The position numbers and the translations under genes were made by a program. 36,253 nucleotides of DNA from Deltaproteobacteria bacterium (lineage in GTDB: Bacteria; Myxococcota; Myxococcia; Myxococcales; UBA5297): assembly GCA_016218885.1 (NCBI GenBank), contig JACRCT010000657.1, positions 1 through 36,253 on the forward strand, written 5' to 3'. Positions 8,288 to 16,963 of this stretch are shown here, piece after piece (position 1 is the first letter of the stretch; each line of letters starts with the position of its first letter). The notes beneath the pieces were generated by a model. It was not told where the DNA came from. It searched no databases and worked only from the letters and a program-made list of their open reading frames with translations.

Positions 8288-9766
8288 ATGGCCCAGTACG
8301 TCCTGTCGATCGATCAGGGGACCACCGGAACCACGATCCTGGTTCTGGACAAGCACCTCGCGGTCAAGGCCAAGGTCAACCAGGAATTCCGGCAGATCTT
8401 CCCCAAGCCGGGTTGGGTCGAGCACAACCTCGAAGACATCTGGGCGACCGTCGAGAGCGGCATCCCCAAGGCGCTGCGCCAGGCAGGGGTCAAGCCGCAC
8501 GAGCTCGTCGCCATTGGCATCACCAATCAACGCGAGACCACCGGCCTGTGGGACCGGCGTAGTGGCAAGCCCGTCCATCACGCCATCGTGTGGCAGTGCC
8601 GGCGCACGGCCGATGCCTGCCAGGAGCTGCGCGCCGCCGGCCACGAGGAGTTCGTGCGCGAGCACGCGGGTCTGGTGCTCGACCCGTATTTCTCGGCCAC
8701 CAAGATCTCCTGGCTGCTCGACAACGTGAAAGGCGCCCGTGCTCGCGCCGAGAAGGGCGAGCTGGCCTTCGGCAACATCGACGCCTTCCTCGTCTGGCGT
8801 TTCACCGGTGGCGCGGTGCACGTCACCGACGCCACCAACGCCTCGCGCACCTCGCTCTTCAATCTCAGGTCCCTGACGTGGGATCCGGAGCTGCTCTCGC
8901 TCTTCCGGGTCCCCAAGGAGGTCCTGCCTCAGGTCAAGGGTTCGAGCGAGGTGTATGGGACGACCAGGGGCGTCAAGTGCCTGCCCGACGGGATCCCGGT
9001 GGCGGGCATCGCCGGGGACCAGCAGGCTGCGCTCTTCGGCCAGGCCTGCTTCGAGCCCGGTGAGGCCAAGTGCACCTATGGCACCGGGGCGTTTCTCTTG
9101 ATGAACGTCGGGCCGCAACCGGTCTTCTCGAAGAAGGGGCTGCTGAGCACCGTGGCCTGGAAGGTGGGCGGGGAGGTCAACTACGCGCTCGAGGGCAGCG
9201 CGTTTATTGCTGGCGCGGCCGTGCAGTGGCTGCGCGATGGGCTCAAGCTCATCAAGAAGGCCTCGGAGATCGAGGCCCTAGCCAAGACGGTCAAGGATTC
9301 GGGTGAGGTGGTCTTCGTCCCTGCGCTCTCCGGGCTAGGCGCGCCGCACTGGCGCCCCGAGGCCCGCGGGCTGCTCGCCGGCCTCTCGCGCGACACCCAT
9401 GCCGGGCACCTCGCGCGCGCGGTCCTGGAGGGAATCGCCTTCGAGGTCTTCGACCTCGCCGAGGCCATGGCCGCCGACGCAGGCAAGACCATTCCGGCCT
9501 TCAAGGTGGACGGCGGGGCGTCGGCCAACGACCTCTTGATGCAGTTCCAGGCCGACCTGTTGGGCGTGCCGGTGGTTCGCCCGCGGATGATCGAGACCAC
9601 CGCCTTCGGCGCCGCCTTCCTGGCAGGCCTGGCGGTCGGCTTCTGGCCAAACAAGGATGAGATTCGCCGCACCTGGAAGGCGGACAAGAGGTTCGTCGCC
9701 AAGATGAAGGATGACGAGCGGGCGCGGCACCTCGCCAAGTGGCGGCGTGCAGTGCAGGGCGCTTGA
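8288..9766 (+). CDS. glpK: Glycerol kinase
   Basis: IDQGTTGT, GITNQRETT, AIVWQCRRT, DPYFSATK, TDATNASRT, GDQQAALFGQ, KCTYGTG, YALEGS, VDGGASAN. Confidence 0.97.
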   Translation: MAQYVLSIDQGTTGTTILVLDKHLAVKAKVNQEFRQIFPKPGWVEHNLEDIWATVESGIPKALRQAGVKPHELVAIGITNQRETTGLWDRRSGKPVHHAIVWQCRRTADACQELRAAGHEEFVREHAGLVLDPYFSATKISWLLDNVKGARARAEKGELAFGNIDAFLVWRFTGGAVHVTDATNASRTSLFNLRSLTWDPELLSLFRVPKEVLPQVKGSSEVYGTTRGVKCLPDGIPVAGIAGDQQAALFGQACFEPGEAKCTYGTGAFLLMNVGPQPVFSKKGLLSTVAWKVGGEVNYALEGSAFIAGAAVQWLRDGLKLIKKASEIEALAKTVKDSGEVVFVPALSGLGAPHWRPEARGLLAGLSRDTHAGHLARAVLEGIAFEVFDLAEAMAADAGKTIPAFKVDGGASANDLLMQFQADLLGVPVVRPRMIETTAFGAAFLAGLAVGFWPNKDEIRRTWKADKRFVAKMKDDERARHLAKWRRAVQGA

Positions 9767-10512
9767 GCAGGGGCTGGGCCTTTCCGAGCATTCGGCTCCT
9801 TGCCTTGGTTGCCGCACCGCTCTGAGCCAATAGGGTGGGAAGACCTTCGGGAGATCCGGTCTCGTGACCGGACCCGCGCCGAACGCAGGGATCGGGCGCA
9901 CCCGCCATCTCCCCAAGCTCGGCGAGCTTCAGGTCGCCTGCCTCTTCGCCTGCGCGCCGCGCGCTCACGGAGGGGACGGAGGGGGCAGTCTTCGTGTCGC
10001 AAGGGCGGCAGTCAGTAGCAGCGACGCTCTTCGGGGCCCAGGGGAGGTAGAGGGGTCCTCGAGCACCATTCTTCGAAAGTACAAGGTTTGTACCAAGGGG
10101 TATTGCCCGTCCTGCCGATGCCAATGGAACGCGCTATTCGCTCTGCTGGGAGCTTCGGCCTCGGCTTTTGACTGCAAACCTCTTCGCTCAGCGCGCTTCC
10201 GGTTGCCCCTCCTGGAAGCTTTGGCGAGGTGCCGAATCGCAGATGGTAAAGACCTTTTACCAGACCAGCCGGGGGACCTATCCTCCTCTGAGGCCTTCGG
10301 CTGCCCTTTCGCGAACCCCCCCCCGCCTTCCCGGCTTCTCGCCCTGAGCCACGGTTGCGGCTTGCGAAGGATGGGGCAGGGAAGGAGAGCGGTTCCTGGC
10401 TCCTCGATAGCTACGGCACAGGAGAAGACCAGGCTGCGCCCGGAGTGTCGAATTCGAGACGGCGCCGCGATCCCGTCGTATCGTCTCGCGAGAGGCTCGC
10501 GCGCAGGCACCC

Positions 10513-13032
10513 ATGGCTGCAGACAACAACAGGCACTTCGAGGCTGGTCACATCGTCGATGGCAGGTACGAGCTCCAACGGCTGCTGGGCGAGGGCGCGA
10601 TGGGCGCCGTCTACGAAGCCCGCAACGTCTGGACGCAGCGACGCGTGGCCGTGAAGGTGCTCCTGCCGGAGCTGGCCCGCATCGACGGCTTCGCCCAGCG
10701 CTTCATCCTCGAGGGCCGCAGCGCCACCATGGTGTCCCATCCCAGTGTCGTGGAGGTGCTCGACATGGGGCGCGACCCGGCCGACGGGTCGCTGTACCTG
10801 GTGCAGGAATTCCTCGTCGGCACCGGGCTCGACGTGGTTCTCGCCAAGAGGGGGCGGCTGCCGGTCCGCGATGCCCTGGACATCGCCGTGCCGGTCATGG
10901 CCGCGCTGGCGGCGGCCCACCGGCGCGGAATCGTGCACCGCGATGTCAAGCCGGCAAACATCCTCCTGGCCCAGACCGCCTCGGGGATCATCACCCCCAA
11001 GCTGATCGACTTCGGCGTCGCCAAGCTGCTCTCCGGCGACCGACCCACCCAGACCCAACCCGGGGTCCTGGTGGGCACGCCCTGCTACATGTCTCCGGAG
11101 CAGCTCCTCGCCGAGGACCAGATCGATCAGCGTGCCGACGTCTGGGCCATGGGGGTCGTCCTCTACGAGATGCTCGCCGGCCGGCGCCCGTTCGATGGCG
11201 CGCTGGTGCAGGAGGTGTGCGTCGCCATCGCCCGCGGCCAGTTCGCGGCGCTCGGCAGCCTGGCCAAGGAGGCCCCGGACGGGCTGGTGCGGGCGATCTA
11301 CCAGGCCCTGGCACGCCGCAAGGACGAGCGTCACGAGTCGATGGAGGCCTTCCTCGATGCGCTGCTGAGCGCGCCGGGGCTCGAGGAGACCTGCGGCTGG
11401 CTGGTCGAGCGCCATGGCGAGAAGCTGCCCTACCGTCGCCATCATCCGCGCTACGCCGTCCACTGGAGCTGTGACGTGAGCTGTGCGAGTTGGGGCAAGG
11501 TGCTCGAGCTCGTCTCCGCCAACGTCAGCCGCGGCGGGGTGTTCCTGCTCTCCGGCAACCCGCCCCAGCCAGGGGCGAAGGTCGAGGTGGGTCTGGTCCT
11601 GCCCGACGGCGCTCGCATGAGGCTGCGGGGAGCAGTGGTACGAGTGATAGGGCCCGAAGCAGCTTCCTCGGGCGCGAGCGCCGGGTTCGCGGTCCACTTC
11701 GACCAGGAGCATGCGACGGAGCTCTCGGTGCTCGAGCAGGTCGCCGCGGCGCACCAATCGCCGGGGTACGAGGCCTTGCCCGAGGCCGTGCTGGCTCCAC
11801 GCTCTCCAGCGGCCCCGGAGCCCAAGCCAGCGCCGCAATCCCCCCGAGCCCTGCGCGAGCAGCTGGCCGACGCCGTGGGCATCGACTTCGGCACCACCTA
11901 CAGCAGCGTGTCGATCGCCTTCAAGGACCGCGTCTATCCCATCTGCGACGCGCGGCAGCGTTCGCTGCACCCGTCCATCGTGAGCTTTCCCAGGCATGGC
12001 GGCCCCGTGGTGGGTTGGGACGCAAGGCAGAGGCACCTGAGCGAGCCGGAGCGGACGGTGAGGTCGATCAAGCGCCTCCTGGGACGCTCGATCGACGAGC
12101 CCACCCTGCAGGGCTACCTCGGCTCGTTGCCCTATCCCACGGTGCGCGGACCCGGCAACGCCGTGGTGCTGCAGATCGACGACACGCCGCTGGCGCCAGT
12201 ACAGGTGGCCGCGGAGATCATCGGCCTGTTGCGCAAGACCGCTGAGTCGCGCACCGGGAAGGAGATCCTGCGCGCGGTGCTCTCCGTGCCGCTCGACTTC
12301 ACCGAGGCGCAGCGCCAGGCGGTGCAGCGCGCCGCCTCGATGGCCGGGCTCGAGGTGCTCGAGCTGATTGGCGAGCCTATCGCCGCGCTGCTCGCCTACG
12401 GCCTGGGGCAGAACAAGCGCGAGGTCGTCGCGGTCTACGACTTCGGGGGCGGTACCTTCGATTTCTCGGTGGTCGACATGCAGGGCGACCACCACCGCGT
12501 GCTGGCCAACGGCGGGGACGCCTGGCTGGGGGGCGACGACTTCGACCTGGCCATCGCCACCGCAGCCGCCGACCGCTTCTGGCGCGAGACGCGCGTCGAT
12601 CTGCGCCAGCGGGCCGTGGAGTGGCAGCGGCTCCTGTACGCGAGCGAGCACGCCAAGCGGATGCTCACCGCCCAGGAGCAGACAGAGCTGGTGGTGGAGA
12701 AGGCTTTGGAGCATCCCGCTCCCCGCGACCTGCGTTGGAGCCTGAGCCGCGCCGACCTCGAAGCTCTGTGCAAGAGCGCCATCGAGGCTTCGATCGAGGT
12801 GTGTCGGGACGCATTGGCTGGCGCCGGGGTCGCCCTGCAGCGCGTCGATCGCGTGGTCATCACCGGGGGTACCTCGCGGGTTCCCGTCCTGCAGCGCGAG
12901 TTGGCCCGCTTCTTCGGCAAGCCGGTGACCTCGCTCGTCGATCCCGAGATGTCGGTTTGCATCGGTGCCGGGCTGCGTGCGGCCATGCTGACCAAGCATC
13001 AGGTCCGCCAGGCCGCCCACCGCGCGCCCTGA
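10513..13032 (+). CDS. Ser/Thr protein kinase - PilZ - Hsp70 nucleotide-binding-domain fusion
   Basis: Kinase motifs GEGAMG, VAVK, HRDVKPAN, DFGVAK, GTPCYMSPE (~10513-11370). PilZ motifs RRHHPR and NVSRGG (~11434-11750). Hsp70 motifs GIDFGTTYS, IKRLLG, EPIAALLAYG, DFGGGTFD, LGGDDFD, GGTSRVP (~11869-13000). Confidence 0.9.
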   Translation: MAADNNRHFEAGHIVDGRYELQRLLGEGAMGAVYEARNVWTQRRVAVKVLLPELARIDGFAQRFILEGRSATMVSHPSVVEVLDMGRDPADGSLYLVQEFLVGTGLDVVLAKRGRLPVRDALDIAVPVMAALAAAHRRGIVHRDVKPANILLAQTASGIITPKLIDFGVAKLLSGDRPTQTQPGVLVGTPCYMSPEQLLAEDQIDQRADVWAMGVVLYEMLAGRRPFDGALVQEVCVAIARGQFAALGSLAKEAPDGLVRAIYQALARRKDERHESMEAFLDALLSAPGLEETCGWLVERHGEKLPYRRHHPRYAVHWSCDVSCASWGKVLELVSANVSRGGVFLLSGNPPQPGAKVEVGLVLPDGARMRLRGAVVRVIGPEAASSGASAGFAVHFDQEHATELSVLEQVAAAHQSPGYEALPEAVLAPRSPAAPEPKPAPQSPRALREQLADAVGIDFGTTYSSVSIAFKDRVYPICDARQRSLHPSIVSFPRHGGPVVGWDARQRHLSEPERTVRSIKRLLGRSIDEPTLQGYLGSLPYPTVRGPGNAVVLQIDDTPLAPVQVAAEIIGLLRKTAESRTGKEILRAVLSVPLDFTEAQRQAVQRAASMAGLEVLELIGEPIAALLAYGLGQNKREVVAVYDFGGGTFDFSVVDMQGDHHRVLANGGDAWLGGDDFDLAIATAAADRFWRETRVDLRQRAVEWQRLLYASEHAKRMLTAQEQTELVVEKALEHPAPRDLRWSLSRADLEALCKSAIEASIEVCRDALAGAGVALQRVDRVVITGGTSRVPVLQRELARFFGKPVTSLVDPEMSVCIGAGLRAAMLTKHQVRQAAHRAP

Positions 13033-13204
13033 GGCTCGTGGCGGGGCAGAGGAGGGCCTGCCTGACCTTGGGAGAGAGCCTCTGGGCCGGCCGGAAAGCG
13101 CCCTCGGTTCGCGACTCTGGAGCTAATCGCCTGCGGTGAAGGTGCCGATGTCTCCGACTGAGCGCGTTCCGGGCTGGGATCCCGGCAGTGCCCAAGGAGC
13201 ATCC

Positions 13205-13567
13205 ATGGACGCCAAACAAGAGATCGATGCGGCGATCGATGCGCACGCCAAGTGGTTCGTCCGGCTGCGAGTGGCCATCGAGAAGAAGAGCAGCGAGTTC
13301 GCTCCCGGCAAGGTGTCGCTGGACAACGCCTGCGACTTCGGGAAGTGGCTCTATGGGAGCTTTCCGCCGCACCTGAAGGCCAGCCCGGCCTACCTGGAGA
13401 TTCGCAGCCTCCATGCGAGCTTCCACGTCGCCGCCGCGAAGGTCCTGGAGCTGGCGCTGGCGGGCAAGGCTCAAGAGGCGCTGAAGGCCCTCGAACCGGG
13501 AGGGCACCTCAAGCAGGTCTCCATCCAGCTGGTCTCGAAGCTCACCGCCTTGAAGGCCCAGGTCTGA
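13205..13567 (+). CDS. Stand-alone CZB (chemoreceptor zinc-binding) domain protein
   Basis: H-x-x-W (HAKW), C-x-F-G-x-W (CDFGKWLY), H-x-x-F-H (LHASFH) give the 3His/1Cys CZB zinc site; AAGGAG SD before ATG 13205. Confidence 0.88.
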   Translation: MDAKQEIDAAIDAHAKWFVRLRVAIEKKSSEFAPGKVSLDNACDFGKWLYGSFPPHLKASPAYLEIRSLHASFHVAAAKVLELALAGKAQEALKALEPGGHLKQVSIQLVSKLTALKAQV

Positions 13568-13606
13568 GTGCGGCCGTCTCGATGAGATCCCGAAGGTAGG
13601 CAGGCG

Positions 13607-13638
13607 ACAGCCGCCGCCAGCTCCCTGGCAGCGGCTGT
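13607..13638. terminator. Hairpin between convergent genes, putative bidirectional terminator
   Basis: ACAGCCGCCGCCAG-ctcc-CTGGCAGCGGCTGT, 13 of 14 bp paired; no U-tract. Confidence 0.5.
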
Positions 13639-13671
13639 GTCCTGTCGAAGCTCGTTGGGTACCGCCGCGAT

Positions 13672-15867
13672 CTACCGAGGGTCGGCGAGGATGCGGTCGA
13701 TCTCCGCCTGCGGGTCCTGGATCACGCCCTCGTGCACCAAGGTGAGGTCGCGATTGGACTTGGTGTCGTGCAGCGAGACGTTGTTCACCAGCACCTGGTC
13801 AGCGCCGGCGAGGCTGGCGAGGGTGGCGAGCTCGAGCTGGAGGTCGAGGCTCGCATTGGCCTTGGCGAACACGTGGGCGCGTGCCGCTGGCGTGGCTGCC
13901 TGCTGCAGTCGGGACACGAGTGAGCTGAGCTCCTCGCTGTCGCGCCATGCGGCCCGGTCTTGGGTCAGATTGCGGCCCGTGAGGAAGCGATAGCGGCCCT
14001 CGAGGTCCTGCGCCCGGAAGGAGATGCTGTCGCTCCGGAGCATCTTCATGATGTCGCCGTGGCGCGGGTGGTCGGTGGCCAGCCAGGGCGTATTCCTCCA
14101 CGCGCGCTGGTTGTCGCCGATGAGGTAGTGCATGTCCCAGGGGCGATCGAGCTTCTCGTAGGCGGCCCCGAAGGCCTTCTGCACCTGCTCCGGGCTTACC
14201 TGGCCGAGCGCCTGAAGCCCCTCGTCGGTGATGAAGAAGTCCACCGTGCGATCGGTCTTGCCGAAGCTGTCCAGGAACGTCCCGTTGTCGGCGAGGCCCT
14301 GCAGCGAGTCGCTCTCTGCGCCCAGGAAGCTGCTCAGCTCGATGAACTTGCGCACGTCGTTGCGGGAAGTGACCTTGTCGCCCCGCACGGTCTGGGTCAG
14401 GTGCAGGAAGCTCTCGACCGGCTCTCCCGGCTGCCGGGTCTGGATGAGCTCGGCGGACGTCGCGCGCTTGCCGGCCCAGATGTTGGAGAGGATGCCGGAG
14501 TAGTTCTCGTCGAGCCGGGCCCGGTCGAAGGTGAGCTCGCCCTGCGCCGAGCGGAGCGTGCCGTGAGCCTCGGAGTGGCTGGAAGCAGCTTGCAGCAGAG
14601 CAAGCTTGCCCAGCTTGAGGTTCGCCGAGGTGGAGGAGGTGCGCCCCACTTGGTCGAGGCGCGCGAAGGAGACGCCGCTGCTCGCGCCCTGCGCCCCCAG
14701 GGTGTCGGCCGTCCTCGTGTCCAAGCGCAACAGATCGGAGTAGGCCTTGGCGCCCTCCGCCTGGGACAGATCGATCGTGTAGCTCTGCACCACCTTCTCG
14801 CTCTTGGCGCGTGAGTGCGCCACCGAGAGATCGGCGCTCGTCCACTTGGAGATCTGCTTCTCGATTTTCTTGGCGACGGACTCTCCGCCCTGCTCGAAGA
14901 GGTCTCCGCCGAGCTCCGGCAGGTTGTCCCTAAGAGAGGCGGTGACTCCGACCCGGGCGCCCACCGAGCCGCTGCCCGTGGTGGACTCGAGCGTGGAGAG
15001 GGAGACGAAGACCTTGTCGCCCTCCAGCCGCTTCACCGTGAGCGATACGCTGCCCTCTCTGGACACGCCGACGTTCACGCCCGCCGAGGCCCCCACGCTG
15101 ATGAAGTTGCCGAGGTCGGCCAGCTGCGCGCCCACCCCCACGCCGGCGTTGGCCGCCACCGTCCCTCGCCCGACCAGCCGCACCTCGGTCCCCTCGGCCA
15201 GCGCCTTGGCGTTCTCGGGGTTGAAGGGCAGATCCACCGAGAGGTTCTTGGCGAGCTGGCCCGCTGCAGAGGTCTCGAGCGGATAGGGAGCCAGTACCGA
15301 GTATCCCAAGCTGGCCTTGGAGTTGAAGCCGGCGCTCACGCGGGCGGCGCCCGCCGGCAGCGAGAAGGTGAATCCGGCGCGGGGGTAGATGCCACCACCC
15401 ACCGTGGCCCAGGTCACCTTCTGCCACGCGGCCTCCATGCGCTGGGTCGTCGCCGCGCGATGCGGATCGTCAACGACAAGCGGGTCGTCGGGCCGCAGCG
15501 GTTTGACCTGCGTGCGCACGCAGATGCCGGCGTGGTCGCCCAGCTTGAAGTCGGCGATGGAGAGGTCGCGCGAGCGATAGATCTGGTCCTTGGCGAGGTC
15601 GACGAGCTTGTCCTTGACCTTGTCCAACAGCCCGTCGCTCTCATTGCTGCGCAGGGTGTCGGGCGCCATGCGGAAGAGGGCCAGGGCCTGGTTGCGCTCC
15701 GCGTCGCTGGCGAAGTACTCGCTCTTGAGCTCGTCGCGCAGGACCTGCTGCTGCTCGGCGGTCAGCGGCCCCTCGGCGATGAGCTGCTGCGCCTCGGCGG
15801 CAGTGAGCTTGTGGTCCTTCACCGAGGAAGCGACGCGGTGGCGGAAGGCTTCGAGCGAGACAGGCAT
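13672..15867 (-). CDS. Hypothetical 731-aa protein with a beta-rich central region
   Basis: Long ORF with normal high-GC3 codon pattern and GAGG SD; no family recognised. Confidence 0.85.
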   Translation of the reverse strand: MPVSLEAFRHRVASSVKDHKLTAAEAQQLIAEGPLTAEQQQVLRDELKSEYFASDAERNQALALFRMAPDTLRSNESDGLLDKVKDKLVDLAKDQIYRSRDLSIADFKLGDHAGICVRTQVKPLRPDDPLVVDDPHRAATTQRMEAAWQKVTWATVGGGIYPRAGFTFSLPAGAARVSAGFNSKASLGYSVLAPYPLETSAAGQLAKNLSVDLPFNPENAKALAEGTEVRLVGRGTVAANAGVGVGAQLADLGNFISVGASAGVNVGVSREGSVSLTVKRLEGDKVFVSLSTLESTTGSGSVGARVGVTASLRDNLPELGGDLFEQGGESVAKKIEKQISKWTSADLSVAHSRAKSEKVVQSYTIDLSQAEGAKAYSDLLRLDTRTADTLGAQGASSGVSFARLDQVGRTSSTSANLKLGKLALLQAASSHSEAHGTLRSAQGELTFDRARLDENYSGILSNIWAGKRATSAELIQTRQPGEPVESFLHLTQTVRGDKVTSRNDVRKFIELSSFLGAESDSLQGLADNGTFLDSFGKTDRTVDFFITDEGLQALGQVSPEQVQKAFGAAYEKLDRPWDMHYLIGDNQRAWRNTPWLATDHPRHGDIMKMLRSDSISFRAQDLEGRYRFLTGRNLTQDRAAWRDSEELSSLVSRLQQAATPAARAHVFAKANASLDLQLELATLASLAGADQVLVNNVSLHDTKSNRDLTLVHEGVIQDPQAEIDRILADPR

Positions 15868-16021
15868 GGGACCTCTTCGAGGAGCGGCTTTCGGGGGGGG
15901 AGGCCGGTCAATGACGACGCAGCATTATGCCTGGAGAGCAGACGGACGATCCACTCCTCGGCTTCCTGCTTCGAGAGGTGGGAGCCAGGCAACGTTGGAG
16001 CAAGGGGCCTGGGCGATCCCT

Positions 16022-16501
16022 CTAGCGAAGGGCGGCCTCGACCATCGCCAGGTCCTCGTTGCTGCGCACCTCGAGGCAGTCGGCGGCGGAGTCGCACTGC
16101 GGGCAGCGCCCCACGCTTTCGGTGCGTGCCCAGACGCGGCGGCAGCGCAGGCACACGTAGAACGGCCGCAGGGTGGCGCGGGCGAGCGCGAGCAGCTCGT
16201 GGACGGGCAGAGGGGGCTGCTCGGCGCCCCGCGGCGGGCGGGGCTTCACCAGCTGGCGCACTCCGCCCGCGAAGAAGGCTGTGGCGATCAGGAGCAGCAG
16301 GAGCGCGAACGCCCGCAGCTCGCCTATCTGGTGAAGGTGCTGGCGGGCCACCCGCTCGGCAGCGACCGACCAGACGAGCGCGCCACCCCCCGCGAAGGCC
16401 GCAGCGGTCCCCAGCAGCAGGCCGCCCCCAGCGCGTCCGAGGCGGCGCACCGCATCACGCGCGTCCAGGAAGAGCGCGGCGAGGGAGTCGATCGACTTCA
16501 T
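16022..16501 (-). CDS. Small membrane protein with C-terminal zinc ribbon
   Basis: Two hydrophobic segments, then CLRC...CPQC. Start at MKSID (16501), 13 bp after the PilZ gene stop. Confidence 0.7.
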   Translation of the reverse strand: MKSIDSLAALFLDARDAVRRLGRAGGGLLLGTAAAFAGGGALVWSVAAERVARQHLHQIGELRAFALLLLLIATAFFAGGVRQLVKPRPPRGAEQPPLPVHELLALARATLRPFYVCLRCRRVWARTESVGRCPQCDSAADCLEVRSNEDLAMVEAALR

Positions 16502-16514
16502 CGGGAAGGGATGC

Positions 16515-16892
16515 TCAGCCTGCCCGGTGCTGGGCAAGCCGGCGAGCGACGATCTCCTCGATCAGCGCCATGGAGTCGGCGTCGAAGTTGACGAACTCGA
16601 CCCCCATCCCGGCGACGACCGCGGGATCGCCCGGGAGGTTGACGCGCACGACCCGCCCCAGGCCCTCGATGAGCCGCGACCCGTCCTTGAGGGCGAACTG
16701 CAGATAGACGAACGCGCCCTCCTCTCGAGGCTCGTTGGTCTTGATGAACATTCCGCCCACCGAGAGGTCGGTGGAGTACTCGGCGAGGAACTCCTCGAAG
16801 GTGTCGAAGCGGTACTGGATGAGCAGCTGCAGCGGAGCGCGGGGATGGCGTCGGCGCTCATCGCCGGAATCAGCAGCCTCCGCGTCGGACAT
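16515..16892 (-). CDS. PilZ-domain protein, TIGR02266-like (myxobacterial)
   Basis: RRRHPR, 'FEEFLAEYSTDLSVGGMFIKT', GRVVR, GMGVEF. Start may be 16892 or 16919. Confidence 0.9.
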   Translation of the reverse strand: MSDAEAADSGDERRRHPRAPLQLLIQYRFDTFEEFLAEYSTDLSVGGMFIKTNEPREEGAFVYLQFALKDGSRLIEGLGRVVRVNLPGDPAVVAGMGVEFVNFDADSMALIEEIVARRLAQHRAG

Positions 16893-16963
16893 CGGGGCTT
16901 CTTCGTCGGAGGGGCACATGGGGCTGCCATTCTAGACCAAGTCCGAATCGGCGCCAGTTGGGG

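Noticed and set aside
10060-10400. c-di-GMP riboswitch or other known ncRNA upstream of the PilZ fusion
   Set aside because: The GEMM consensus (GGCAAAC...GAAA...GACGCAAAG) could not be found on either strand by eye.
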